The translations under genes were made by a program, and so were the position numbers. The notes beneath the pieces were generated by a model. It saw nothing but the letters and a program-made list of their open reading frames with translations, was not told where the DNA came from and ran no database searches. 64,000 nt of DNA from Macrostomum lignano (lineage: Eukaryota): contig NIVC01000695.1 of the NCBI GenBank assembly GCA_002269645.1, positions 248,001 to 312,000 of the forward strand. Reading direction: 5' to 3'. Shown here piece after piece: positions 51,226-63,751 of the stretch (position 1 is its first letter; the number at the start of each line of letters is the position of its first letter).

Positions 51226-51589
51226 TTGTTGATGGCTTCAGTTTAATTATCATAATTGATTTTCTATCATCCCAAGTAGAAATGCGTTTCATTTTCATGC
51301 CCTTTTTACACTACTTATCATCAGATATCTGCATAGTAGAAATATGCGAATAGTACTCGTAAAATGGCTGATCTGTTTTTGTTCGCCAGCTAAATTCAAG
51401 AAAATGATAACCGTGATGCATCAGAAAGCCGCCGTCATCTCCGAAAATCCTTCTCAAATGACAGTTTTTTCTTCCTATTCATTATCCCTTCTCTCTTTTT
51501 ACCCTCTTCAGACTTGAAAATAATCAAATGAGTTTCTGATTCTAATAGTTTACGAGACTACTTGTGTACTAAGGAATGGGTGTGGGAGG

Positions 51590-52200
51590 AAAGGGAGAGA
51601 CTGAGTGAGAGGGAGGGTGTGGGAGGAAAGGGAGAGACTGAGTGAGAGGGAGGGTGTGGGAGGAAAGGGAGAGACTGAGTGAGAGGGAGGGTGTGGGAGG
51701 AAAGGGAGAGACTGAGTGAGAGGGAGGGTGTGGGGAAAGGGAGAGACTGAGTGAGAGGGAGGGTGTGGGAGGAAAGGGAGAGACTGAGTGAGAGGGAGGG
51801 TGTGGGGAAAGGGAGAGACTGAGTGAGAGGGAGGGTGTGGGAGGAAAGGGAGAGACTGAGTGAGAGGGAGGGTGTGGGAGGAAAGGGAGAGACTGAGTGA
51901 GAGGGAGGGTGTGGGGAAAGGGAGAGACTGAGTGAGAGGGAGGGTGTGGGAGGAAAGGGAGAGACTGAGTGAGAGGGAGGGTGTGGGAGGAAAGGGAGAG
52001 ACTGAGTGAGAGGGAGGGTGTGGGGAAAGGGAGAGACTGAGTGAGAGGGAGGGTGTGGGAGGAAAGGGAGAGACTGAGTGAGAGGGAGGGTGTGGGGAAA
52101 GGGAGAGACTGAGTGAGAGGGAGGGTGTGGGAGGAAAGGGAGAGACTGAGTGAGAGGGAGGGTGTGGGGGAAGGAGAGGAGAGGGTGCGAGAGGCAGAGT
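51590..52200 (+). repeat. 35-37 bp purine-rich minisatellite (GAGACTGAGTGAGAGGGAGGGTGTGGGAGGAAAGGGA)
   Basis: About 16 copies, four GGG runs per unit. Confidence 0.95.
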
Positions 52201-53072
52201 GGAGGGAGGGAGGGAGTGGAGAGAGTGAGTGAGAGGGAGAGTGGGAGAGACGGGTGAGGGAGACGAAGAGAGTGAAAAGTGAATCTGCTCAAGAGCCAGC
52301 AGCCGCAAGTGCTCATATACCATAAGTGCTCATAGACCTGAGTTCACCTTGAATCCTACTGACTCGAATATTTAAATGCAAAAATTTAAGCACTTTATTT
52401 TTCCGTCTGATGGCAGGGAAGCAATCAAACCTTTTTGACCTTGCATATTTTTGTTTATTTCTGTTAGGTTTAATTAAACCAAACAATGCAGACTTAAACT
52501 CTAAATAATCAGCACAAGATCGCGTCAATCAAACAGTTACAAGCTTACTAAGGTTTGCTTAATAATATAAATAAAAACACGACAGAAGAGTACAGGCTGC
52601 AACGAAAATTTTTACGTAGATAATGGTAAACTATTAACCTAGCTATTTACAATGTACATGAATAGGGATAAAATTCCTCAGAACACAACAATGGTTAGTG
52701 TGATAAATTTTATTTGATGGAGGGGATGAATTGATGTTGCGAAATTTGCTGTTAAAACTTTGTCAGAGTTTACTACTGTAAGTATCGAGTAGTGCATACA
52801 AAAATTAGGACAACAAATAGTTAAACAAAATAACAAATTACTTTGGTGAAAACTGATTTGTATTACGCGTGAGGTGAAGAGCCCGAAGTGACGGTACAGG
52901 CTATGCAGACCGACGGTACATGACGGACGTAAGTTGCCGAACATTTATTGATTGCAGTTCACTTCGAGCTGCATTGGAAAGCGTGCAAATTAATTAATAA
53001 TGAAATGTGACGGCACACACAATGATACATTTTAAACTGCCTGGCTGAGTATTCACAGTCGGTACGAGCGCC

Positions 53073-53884
53073 TCAGTCCCTGCTGCCACTGCGGTTGTCT
53101 CGCCTCTTTTGCCGCCGTCGCTGTCTTCTCCGACCTCGTCCCGTAGCTTCCAGCCGCTGCAGACGCTCCTGCAGTTGGACAGTCCACGGCCAGACAATGT
53201 CCCGTCGCAGCAGCATCGACTGTCGTCTTCGCCGTCGACGACGCCTACGCGCCAAACGCTGTCGACGCTCTCGTTTCGGTAGGCGACGCAGGACCAGATA
53301 GGGCAAGCCGGGCTGCAACTGCGGCGGACAGCTGCAGTCCCAGTGGCGTCGACGGATGTACAACTCAGTTGTGGTGGATCCGGCCGGGCTGTCGCAGGAG
53401 CCGATGAGGTTTCGATCCGACGGCTCGGTCGGGATTGAGCAGCGAATGGTGAGCTGAACGGTGCCAACCACTTTCACCCAGCGGCGTTCAAACGCGACGC
53501 GTTGAACTAAGAAGGCCACGGCTGCAATTAAGGAAGTTAAGGAAATTTTTTATCTTGGAAAAATTCGTGACTGCAACTCTGAATAAACGCATGAAGTGTT
53601 GGGCCAATTGTAGCTCGTAAATTCCTGTATGTCACCAATGCAAGTTGAAGTGACGTCGTTGATAATATCCTATTTATTAACTAGTGAAGGAACTATTTAA
53701 CGGGCTTTAGCACCAGGGGCAGGGGCGCCAGCACCAGGGGCGCCAGCACCAGGGGCGCCAGCACCAGGGGCGCCAGCACCAGGGGCGCCAGCACCAGGGG
53801 CGCCAGCACCAGGGGCGCCAGCACCAGGGGCGCCAGCACCAGGGGCGCCAGCACCAGGGGCGCCAGCACCAGGGGCGCCAGAGC

Positions 53885-53943
<59 letters not shown>

Positions 53944-56900
53944 CGCTGTCTCTCTCACTTTCTCTTCTGTCCGTCTCACCCTCTCTCATGTCTGTCTCAC
54001 TCTCTCTCATGTCTGTCTCACTCTATCGATGCAAAAAATGGCAAGGAAAAAATTTCAAGCAGGTTCTTTCCTTCTAATGTATTTTTCTAAACCATAAAAG
54101 CCTACGGTCCTAAACGTCCAAAACTGCTGCCAGAAACTCTTAGTAATCCATGCGTCGAGAAATACACAGGAAAAATTTCAATTTCAATGCCCGAATGGTT
54201 TTAACGAGTTGAATAAAAATTCCCAAGAGAAGCTGCCGTATTTTCAGTTTCTGGATTGCGGATTTCACACTGGGACTGAAGACCGCCCAGATTTCCAGTT
54301 CAAAACGGCAATTTCGGATTGGATAAAGCTCTGCTTACCCCAGTCAACATTTCTGTAGTTGGCCCTGCTTAAACGTCTGCTATTCGACGCGCATTTTGTT
54401 GGACACTTTTTTTGCTTTGAGCTGCGGACTGCAGACTTCTCGTCGACATCTGTAACAAGTGAGGAGTTAGTTTCTTTGAGTCTGTGAGTTGGGTCCCGTG
54501 ATTTCGTACATCAGAATGTACGGCTCACAAGTGTAAAGGGTATAGGGGGAGAATGTTGGTTATTCATTTGATTTTGAACCTTTCACTGACGCTAGCTTGC
54601 ATCCTGAATTGTGACTTAGGATGTCGGATGAAAATCGTACAACTTCCTGGTGTTAAAGCTGATATCCGTGCTTTGGTAGCTCGTCCCATATATGGGTGTC
54701 ACCCGACGCCACGATATACACGGAACACAAAGGAATTCCATGAATTGCACACGAGCCAGACTAGTCTGCTAAATAGATTAGCACCTTTTCACACTAGCAT
54801 CCTGTACCCCCCCCCCCTTGGTAAACAGATCATTTTTTTACCCGCGCTAATTGGCTTCAACAAAACGTTTTGAACCCTGAAATATTCATTTGCGTCCATC
54901 TATTTGGTAAAGGTGTTTTCAGCGGAATTCCACAACTTGGATGCATACGAGTTTCAGCTATACTATTTAAATTCAAATCCCAACTGTTCTAAATTTGGTC
55001 ATTCAAAGGAAATTAGTAATTCTGCAGTGTCTCCCCTGCCTGTTGGTTGTTCGCTCTCTTTAAAAAACTTGGACGAAGTTACAGAGTCACAAGTGGAGTT
55101 ACGTAATACAAGATTCTTCTATTCAAGAGCTTCAACACGTCTTAGTCAGCTGGAATGACACTTGGTTACCTTCTTCTCTGATGGATTTTTCAAATAGCTG
55201 ACATATTTCGCAACACCCTTCTGGTATTCTTTCAAACTATGTTTGATGACCGGAATTTCTGTCAAAAATGTAACCTTAAAGACATTCACCTTCACCATCT
55301 GACGTCTTTGTTCTCTCGGTCGCCGAGGCAGATTCTGCTGAGTCAGTCTCTGTTTTTGGCGACGCTGACCGATCGACATCTGCGGGTAGATTGAACTTTT
55401 TGAGTGACGCACAAAGCTGAAAGCTCGTTCACACCACCACTAAGATAAGACCAAAGTAGTGTGACAACAACTTTGTACATCGGTCGAGTGATTTGATGGC
55501 TAATTTGACAGCAGTGTGAATGAGCCCTGAAAGGTAAAAGCTTACAGAGGTAGATAGTCTACCTAGAGTTAGTTTGTTGGCCTGAGTGCACCCTGGCGCA
55601 CTTTAAGCGACATTGTCACACAACCGGCGAGAGGCATTACTGCCCATTTCGACGACTCCCCTGAACAGGCACACAAGCGCGTGAATACGTACGCAGTCAC
55701 ACACACAGGCACACACTCACACAGATATATACACTTCACTGTGCCTTGGGCGTGCGTTGGCCGAGCAGAGCCAAGCCGAGATTCCAATTTAGCCCCAAAT
55801 TAATGTGACTGCACTTGGAATCGAGCCTGGGCCGCTGGCACACCAGAGCGCCGCACTTGACCACTAAGCTACGGCCCCTTAGAGGTACGGGCCATACTCA
55901 GCAACATTAAAATGCCGCCACCCTTTGCCCCAGTGAGCAGTGTCTTTCGACCAGCGTTTATCACCTGGCTAACCATTTTGATATTAAAAAATGCTTGCAA
56001 AACAATGAAAACCGGGCGGAAGCTTCAATCCGTCTAATCTTCGCCCTCCGCTCTTCCCGATCCCTCCTCACCCAGCCCAGCTGTGCGTCACGTGGTCAGT
56101 TTTGTAGTTTGAAATCCTCAATGAATCCTTGCAGGATTCTTAATCTTATTGACGGTCCATCCTCTACGTCACGATTTCATCTGATCCTGACTGCTTCATA
56201 TAGAGGCGTTAATTGACTGAGGATACTTCATTTCCTAGAATGCATGCAATCTTTCCCGCCGCATCTGCTTCTATCTGATGTTTTTTCAGCTTTCAATTTT
56301 TTTGGCCGGCAATCAGTCGGGGAGAGGAAGAAACACGATGTGGCAATTAGCCAGCCAGAATTTTTAAGGGCGTCTGATGCTTTTAAAGCGATCGTTTTTT
56401 TGGAACAGATTTTTGCTTTTCCGATCTTCAATCAGTCGAAGAACCGTGATCAAGTGGTGAAGAGCTGACAAGTTCAGTTACAGGATGAAAGCCAGACTGA
56501 GATGAAAAAATCGGGGATGGATAGAGTGTAATGTTTTCTGCCATACAAATATGCTAATGACTTAGAAGCATTAGACGCATTGAGACCTTTCTAAAAAACT
56601 GGTAGGTCATTTGTCTAGAAATTGAGCGCATCTCCCCATGAAAAAAGTGGCTATCATTTTTTTCCCAAACATAATTGAAAACTTTTAAAGAAAAAAATAA
56701 AGTTGCCTTTGCTATTAAAAATTTGATACAAATTCAAGTAAACGGTTTTTGGTACTCTTTCTAAGAAAAAAGCTGATAGCTTTTCAAGAAAACAATGAAC
56801 ACATTTCCGTGAAAACATTTAGGTAACTTTCTAAGAAAAGAGTTCGTCAACCTTCTTCGGAAAACAGTTGATAAATTTCTAAGAAGAGATTTTGCGGATT

Positions 56901-59900
56901 TTTCTAAGAAAACCGTCGACACGTTTCTAAGAAAATATTTGGCACGTTTCTAAGAAAACATTTGGCACCTTTCTAAGAAAAAATTGACACGTTTCTAAGA
57001 AAACAGTTCGTCGATACTTTTGCTAGAAAACAGTTGGTACCTTACCAAGAACATTGTGGTTTTTTTCTATGAATATCAACAATTTAAAAAAAAATCGCAC
57101 CACCCAATTCAAGCTCGGTACCTTTTACTTTGTCCTGCGGTCGCCTGCACGGAGCAGCTGGGTCGCTTGTCTGCTCAAAACCAGCTAAGCAGCGGTCGCA
57201 CTTCTCGCCGCCAACACCTGACTTGCAGACGCATCGGCCCGTGTCCCGGTCGCAGATACCGCTGGTGGATCCCAGTGGATGGCAGTTGCACACTGCAAAT
57301 AGATAGACAGGTAGATAGACAGGTAGATAGACAGGTAGATAGACCGGTTGAAATCCGAGTAGATAGCCAGGTAGATAGACAGGTAGATAGACGGGTAGAT
57401 AGACGGGTAGATAGACAGGTAGATAGACAGGTAGATAGACAGGTAGATAGACGGGTAGATAGACAGGTAGATAGACGGGTAGATAGACAGGTTGAAATCC
57501 GAGTAGATAGCCAGGTAGATAGACAGGTAGATAGACAGGTAGATAGACAGGTAGATAGACAGGTTGAAATCCGAGTAGATAGCCAGGTAGATAGACAGGT
57601 AGATAGACAGGTAGATAGACGGGTAGATAGACAGGTAGATAGACAGGTAGATAGACCGGTTGAAATCCGAGTAGATAGCCAGGTAGATAGACAGGTAGAT
57701 AGACAGGTAGATAGACAGGTTGAAATCCGAGTAGATAGCCAGGTAGATAGACAGGTAGATAGACAGGTAGATAGACAGGTTGAAATCCGAGTAGATAGCC
57801 AGGTAGATAGACAGGTAGATAGACAGGTAGATAGACGGGTAGATAGACAGGTAGATAGACAGGTAGATAGACAGGTTGAAATCCGAGTAGATAGCCAGGT
57901 AGATAGACAGGTAGATAGACAGGTAGATAGACAGGTAGATAGACAGGTTGAAATCCGAGTAGATAGCCAGGTAGATAGACAGGTAGATAGACGGGTAGAT
58001 AGACGGGTAGATAGACAGGTAGATAGACAGGTAGATAGACAGGTTGAAATCCGAGTAGATAGACAGGTAGATAGCCAGGTAGATAGACAGGTAGATATAC
58101 AGGTAGATAGACAGGTAGATAGACAGGTAGATAGACAGGTAGATGGACAGGTAGATAGACAGGTAGATAGACAGGTAGATAGACAGGTAGATAGACAGGT
58201 AGATAGACAGGTAGATAGATAGATAGACGGGTAGATAGACAGGTAGATAGACAGGTAGATGGACAGGTAGATAGACAGGTAGATAGACAGGTAGATAGAC
58301 AGGTAGATAGACAGGTAGATAGATAGATAGACGGGTAGATAGACAGGTAGATAGACAGGTAGATGGACAGGTAGATAGACAGGTAGATAGACAGGTAGAT
58401 AGACAGGTAGATAGAAGGGTAGATAGACAGGTAGATAGACAGGTAGATAGACAGGTAGATAGACTGGTAGATCGCCGGACTCACGGGTGCAGACCCTCAC
58501 GCTGTCCACCGCAGCCAGCCAGTTCCTGTGATACCCAGGCCGGCAGTACTGGCAGTTCCTACCAGCCGTGTTGTGCCGACAACCCAGGCAGACACCCGCA
58601 CTTTTAGGCTGGGCTGAGAACTGGTAGGTGCTGGCATCGAAGTGACAGCGGTCGGTGTGTCCGTTGCACTGGCAACCTTTGGTTGGGTATGGTTGGATAG
58701 TCGTAGAATGTCAAATGGGCAAATAGCATTGTCAAGTCTCATGGGTCCACAAACTGCTGCCGATCAAAAGGCACCTGCTTAATAAAATATTTCAATTGGA
58801 GGGGCCCCTGTCTCTTGTTGGGCGCCCCTGTCTCTTGTTGGACGCCCCTGTCTCTTGTTGGACGCCCCTGTCTCTTGTTGGGCGCCCCTGTCTCTTGTTG
58901 GGCGCCCCTGTCTCTTGTTGGGCGCCCCTGTCTCTTGTTGGGCGCCCCTGACTCTTTGGTTGGCGCCCCTGACTCTTTGGTTGGCGCCCCTGCCTCTTGG
59001 TGGGCGCCGCTGTATCTTGGTTGGCGCCCCTGAATCTTTGGTTGGCGCCCCTGACTCTTTGGTTGGCGCCCCTGACTCTTTGGTTGGCGCCCCTGACTCT
59101 TTGGTTGACGCCCCTGACTCTTTGGTTGGCGCCCCTGTCATTAAGCACCTGTTCGATATTGATATTCACCAAACTTATTGATACTAAATCAAGCACCCTG
59201 TCAATGGGAAACGCCAGAATCCAGCATCCAAAACTCTGCGCTGAATTAAGTTCTGATTTTTTACTTCTGTCTATCCGAACCTAATCCACGAAGCCCTGTC
59301 CCAGCAGCCGTTAGCTGAAGCTGCGATTCAAACGGTGCAGCTATAAAATATGACTAGTATAAAGCGGCTCGAATCGATGCCTGCTGACAAAGTGGAACAG
59401 CAGGCGTTAACTCGATAAGTCGCGGATAAGATATCTGGCAGGAAAGTGAGGCTGAGAGAGAGAGAGTCAGAGTGTGAAAGCAAGACGTCAGAAGACAGAT
59501 AGAGGCAATAGTATAGTTGGTTTGACTCTGCGGCACAAAGTTGCTTACAGAGGATCAGATTGCTTCGAGGAGCAGAAGTGGATCAGATGCCACACGCGGT
59601 CTCCAAGCGGCCCCGAGCCAATTAATCACGCCGAGGGGTTGCTGGGCGAGCTCGGCGGTTACACACATCCCCTCTCTCTCTTTCTCTATCCTTGACATCG
59701 TCGCCGTGACTCCAGGAACTCCGCGGAGTGGATTGCGCCTTAAGGAACTTTCTCTTTCACTCACTTCCCTGTCTGTCTCGGCGTGTTCAGCGCAGCCTGA
59801 AGGCGATATTTGCTGGGCCCGGGTGTCCTGCCTGGCTGGATCACGCAGTAATAACATTTCTGTTGACCGCTCCGTCTGTCCTCTCTCATGCTTGAGTTTT

Positions 59901-62900
59901 TGACTCGATCTTAGTTCCGGTTCTTCTCAGCCTCTCTTATCTCTTCTCGCTCTGTTTTATCTCTTCTCAGCCTCTCTAATCTCTTCTCAGCCTCTCTTAT
60001 CTCTTCTCAGCCTCTAATCTCTTCTCAGCCTCTCTTATCTCTTCTCAGCCTCTCTAATCTCTTCACAGCCTCTCTAATCTCTTCTCAGCCTCTCTTATCT
60101 CTTCTCAGCCTCTCTTATCTCTTCTCAGCCTCTAATCTCTTCTCAGCCTCTCTTATCTCTTCTCAGCCTCTCTAATCTCTTCTTAGCCTCTCTAAACTCT
60201 TCTCAGCCTCTCTTATCTCTTCTCAGCCTCTCTTATCTCTTCTCGCTCTGTTTTATCTCTTCTAAGCCTCTCTAATCTCTTCTCAGCCTCTCTAATCTCT
60301 TCTTAGCCTCTCTAAACTCTTCTCAGGCTCTCTTATCTCTTCTCAGCCTCTCTTATCTCTTCTTAGACTCAATTATCTCTTCTCACCCTCTCTTATCTCT
60401 TCTTAATCTCTCTTATCTAGACTCTATTATCTCTTCTCACTCTCTCTTATCTCTTCTCAGTCTCTCTTATCTTATCTCACTCTGTCTTATCTCTTCTCAC
60501 TCTCTGTCTCACTAAGTAATCCTTCTCTCATGCCAAGCCTCTGTCCTAATCTTTAATTACCAGTTCAATAACCATCTAGCAATCTACGAGTATGCTAAAA
60601 CACTCAAAGGATTTTGCATAAGTTCACATTTTTCGAGCTATAAATTCAAGATTTAACCACGCGCCGTTTAGTCGTGCCAGCCCAGTAGGGGTCAGTGTTC
60701 TAAACGGCGAATATTAGATAATTAAAAAAAGTAAAAAAATGGCACACAGATAATAAAATACGAACTTTTGATCATAATTTTGTGCCTTTGCTGCGCAATT
60801 CCTCTTGATTCTCTCTGATGCATCGGCATTTCTTTTTCTCAGTTCTCTTTCTCTCAACTGAGCGTATTCTATCTGTGTAGGTTTAGGCTATTGTTGTTGC
60901 TTCTAAAGAATAAAATACATAGCCTATTATATTTCTAGAGAACATTATCACAGCGAAACAATAAAGATCAGCATTATTGCCGTGAGAGTAATGAAAAGTT
61001 AAGTGGGCAGTCCTGCTCGGAGGTAGGTAACTTCTTACCTGCTTGACATGAGTGCGACATGAGTCACCACTGTCAGACAATTATTGCGGCTTGTGGCCCT
61101 TGCAGGGTCTCAGAGCCGCACTCCTAGCTGTCACTCTTTTAGCCTCACACTGTCACTCTCTCAGCCTCACTCGTCTGTCTCTCAGCAGCTCCCTCTGTCA
61201 CTCTCTCAGCCTCACACTGACACTCTTTCAGCCTCACAATGTCACTCTCTAAGCCTCACACTGTCACTCTCTAAGCCTCACACTGTCACTCTCTAAGCCT
61301 CACACTGTCACTCTCTAAGCCTCACACTGTCACTCTCTAAGCCTCACACTGTCACTCTCTAAGCCTCACACTGTCACTCTCTAAGCCTCACACTGTCACT
61401 CTCTCAGCCTCACACTGTCACTCTCTAAGCCTCACACGGTCACTCTCTCAGCCTCACTCCTATGTCACTCTCTCAGCCTCGCTCTGTCACTCTCTCAGCC
61501 TCGCTCTGTCACTCTCTCAGCCTCACACTGTCACTCTCTCAGCCTCACACTGTCACTCTCTAAGCCTCACACGGTCACTCTCTCAGCCTCACTCCTATGT
61601 CACTCTCTCAGCCTCGCTCTGTCACTCTCTCAGCCTCGCTCTGTCACTCTCTCAGCCTCACACTGTCACTCTCTCAGCCTCACACTGTCACTCTCTCAGC
61701 CTCGCTCTGTCACTCTCTCAGCCTCGCTCTGTCACTCTCTCAGCCTCACACTGTCACTCTCTCAGCCTCACACTGTCACCCTCTCAGCCTCACACTGTCA
61801 CTCTCTAAGCCTCACACTGTCACTCTCTCAGCCTCACTCCTATGTCACTCTCTAAGCCTCACACTGTCACTCTCTCAGCCTCACTCCTATGTCACTCTCT
61901 AAGCCTCACAGTCACTCTCTCAGCCTCACACGGTCACTCTCCCAGCTTCGCTCCTCTATCACTCTCAATACAACTCTATTCCAACAAAGCTACATCGGAA
62001 GCCAGAAGTTTGGCTTGCGTGTCAGGGTATAAAAAAGATCATAAAATGGGTAATAAAAATTAGACCTAAATTAAATTAATTTCGCACATCAGCTTGGAAA
62101 AAAGTAAATTTTTAATCGAAATTCCGTTTCAATCTGGCAACTTACAAGGACCACTGAAGTCACTTAAGTAGTCCTTAAGTAGTCACTTAAGTAGTCCTTG
62201 GCAACTTATTGGTAATTACTGGTGCCCACTTCCACAGCACCTGAAACAATTTTTGCTAATGAACTGCCCTAGAAATTGAGCAATCACAGAGTTATCACGC
62301 AATGACCACTCATTAACTGGTCACGAACATGTTTAAATATACTTTTTATTTTTGAATTCCCAGCTGTCTCTTGGGTTAGTTTCCTTTCAGAGAGATACTT
62401 AATGGATACTCAGACCCAGTGAATCTCAGTCTTGCCTTTTGTTCCTACACGCTGATAAACACCCCAGATCTTTGTTTTACTAGAAGCAAAGGGTTGTGTG
62501 CACCCTGGCGCAATTTAAGCGACATTGTCACACAACCGGCGAGAGGCATTGCTGCCCATTACGCCGACTTCCCTGAGCAGGCAAACAAGCGCGCGGATAC
62601 GTACTCAGGCACACACTCACACAGATATGTACACTTCACTATGCCTTGGAAGTTGGCCCTCAAGGGCGTTGTTAATTGCACGAGCAGAGCCAACCCGAGA
62701 TTCCAATTTAGCCCCAAATTAATGTGACTGCACTTGGAATCGAGCCTGGGCCGCTGGCACATCAGAGCGCGCGCTGGACCACTGAGCTACGGCTCCCGCC
62801 CTAGAGCTAGCTAAACTGATAAACACCACAGAGCTAGCTAAACTGATAAACAGCCCAGAGCTAGCTAAACTGATAAACACCCCATAGCTAGCTAAACTGA

Positions 62901-63751
62901 TAAACACCCCAGAGCTAGCTTAACTGATAAACACCCCATAGCTAGCTAAACTGATAAACACCCCATAGCTAGCTAAACTGATAAACACCCCATAGCTAGC
63001 TAAACTGATAAACACCCCATAGCTAGCTAAACTGATAAACACCCCATAGCTAGCTAAACTGATAAACACCCCAGAGCTAGCTAAACTGATAAACACCCCA
63101 TAGCTAGCTAAACTGATAAACACCCCAGAGCTAGCTAAACTGATAAACACCCCATAGCTAGCTAAACTGATAAACACCCCGAGCTAAAGGCCAAGTCAGG
63201 CCACTCACGTCGACACTGCGTCGGCTGCTCCTGTGTGCCGCGCCTCCACGGCAGGTCGACCCAGAACGGCTTGCACCGCTCGCAGTCCTCGCCCTCAGTG
63301 CCGTGCTGGCAGTCGCAGACGCTGGCTCCCGGCCCGCCCGCCTTCGAGCTCGGCAAGCACCGGGCCGCGTGCCCGTTGCAGAAGCACCGGCCGCCGACGT
63401 CGATATTCGAAAGGGCGAAAGCGTCGCCAACGGCAACAGCTGGAAAATCTCGACGACGGCTTCTCCAATCTGAGAGGGGCGACTGCTGTCGGCGCTGCTT
63501 GCGTCGGAGCAGCAGCCGGATGTCGGTCGCCAGCATCCAGTCGGCGATGATTGGGTCGCGATCGCGATCTTCCTGCGGCCGATAGCGCTTGAAGTTCGTG
63601 CTGAAGCTCAGGACGATTCGATCCATCGAGTTGCTTCTTCGATTTTTGTCGGAGTGTGGCGAAGAGTCGAACTTGTCGGTGTCGGAGTTGGCCGATCCGG
63701 GGACGGCAGGATCCACCTGGCTGGTATCGCTGCAGACCACTTCGCGAGGAT
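53073..63751 (-). CDS. NTN1: Netrin (UNC-6/netrin-1 type), 5'-partial; exons 63751-63209, 58676-58485, 57292-57122, 55379-55296, 54449-54339, 53521-53073
   Basis: End of laminin N-terminal domain (DWMLATDIRLLL), three laminin EGF repeats (CFCNGHAARC, CQCNGHTDRC, CNCHPLGS...GFEQTSDPAAPC) and an NTR/C345C domain (CPTKC...DWAVAF...CSCPPQLQPGLPYLV). All junctions phase-1 GT-AG. The 84-nt exon 55379-55296 is the least certain. 5' exons lie beyond the window. Confidence 0.88.
53700..53942 (+). repeat. 15-bp GGGGCGCCAGCACCA array followed by (TC)n
   Basis: About 12 copies, same family as 47650-48682. Confidence 0.93.
55585..55879 (-). mobile_element. SINE family 2, copy 2
   Basis: Minus strand starts GGGGCCGTAGCTTAGTGG (A box) ... 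GGCTCGATTCC (B-box-like), followed by the shared body and tail. Confidence 0.87.
55895..56065 (+). repeat. Dispersed repeat (second copy of 40950-41150)
   Basis: Direct sequence similarity to 40950-41150. Confidence 0.8.
56755..57005 (+). repeat. Degenerate repeat with eight TTCTAAGAA cores
   Basis: Cores at about 56758, 56828, 56876, 56901, 56924, 56947, 56970 and 56992. Confidence 0.8.
57298..58472 (+). repeat. 12-bp array (AGGTAGATAGAC) with interspersed 24-bp variant (AGGTTGAAATCCGAGTAGATAGCC), filling a netrin intron
   Basis: Runs from the acceptor region of the EGF3 exon to the donor region of the EGF2 exon. Confidence 0.97.
58800..59138 (+). repeat. 20/21-bp minisatellite (GGGCGCCCCTGTCTCTTGTT, GGCGCCCCTGACTCTTTGGTT)
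   Basis: About 16 copies; related to 38245-38866. Confidence 0.93.
59925..60510 (+). repeat. 20-bp pyrimidine-rich repeat (CTCTTATCTCTTCTCAGCCT)
   Basis: About 28 copies. Confidence 0.93.
61125..61940 (+). repeat. 22-bp minisatellite (CACTGTCACTCTCTAAGCCTCA)
   Basis: About 36 copies. Confidence 0.95.
62497..62795 (-). mobile_element. SINE family 2, copy 3
   Basis: Minus strand head GGAGCCGTAGCTCAGTGG (A box) ... GGCTCGATTCC, with shared body and tail. Confidence 0.87.
62800..63186 (+). repeat. 27-bp minisatellite (AGCTAGCTAAACTGATAAACACCCCAT) in netrin intron
   Basis: About 14 copies between the splice-donor region and the SINE head. Confidence 0.95.

Noticed and set aside
55800-55879. 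Possible tRNA genes at SINE heads (also about 3930-3982, 51150-51225, 62740-62795)
   Set aside because: A/B boxes are present but there is no complete cloverleaf or acceptor stem, and each is fused to a repeated body, so they are SINEs.
57020-58509. 400-466 aa ORFs (DRQV / LPVY / LSTC)
   Set aside because: 12-bp array translations; only the laminin-EGF exons at each end are coding.
59340-59905. GC-richer intronic block with 95-120 aa ORFs
   Set aside because: No domain motifs or convincing splice sites in phase with netrin; may be regulatory but unsupported.
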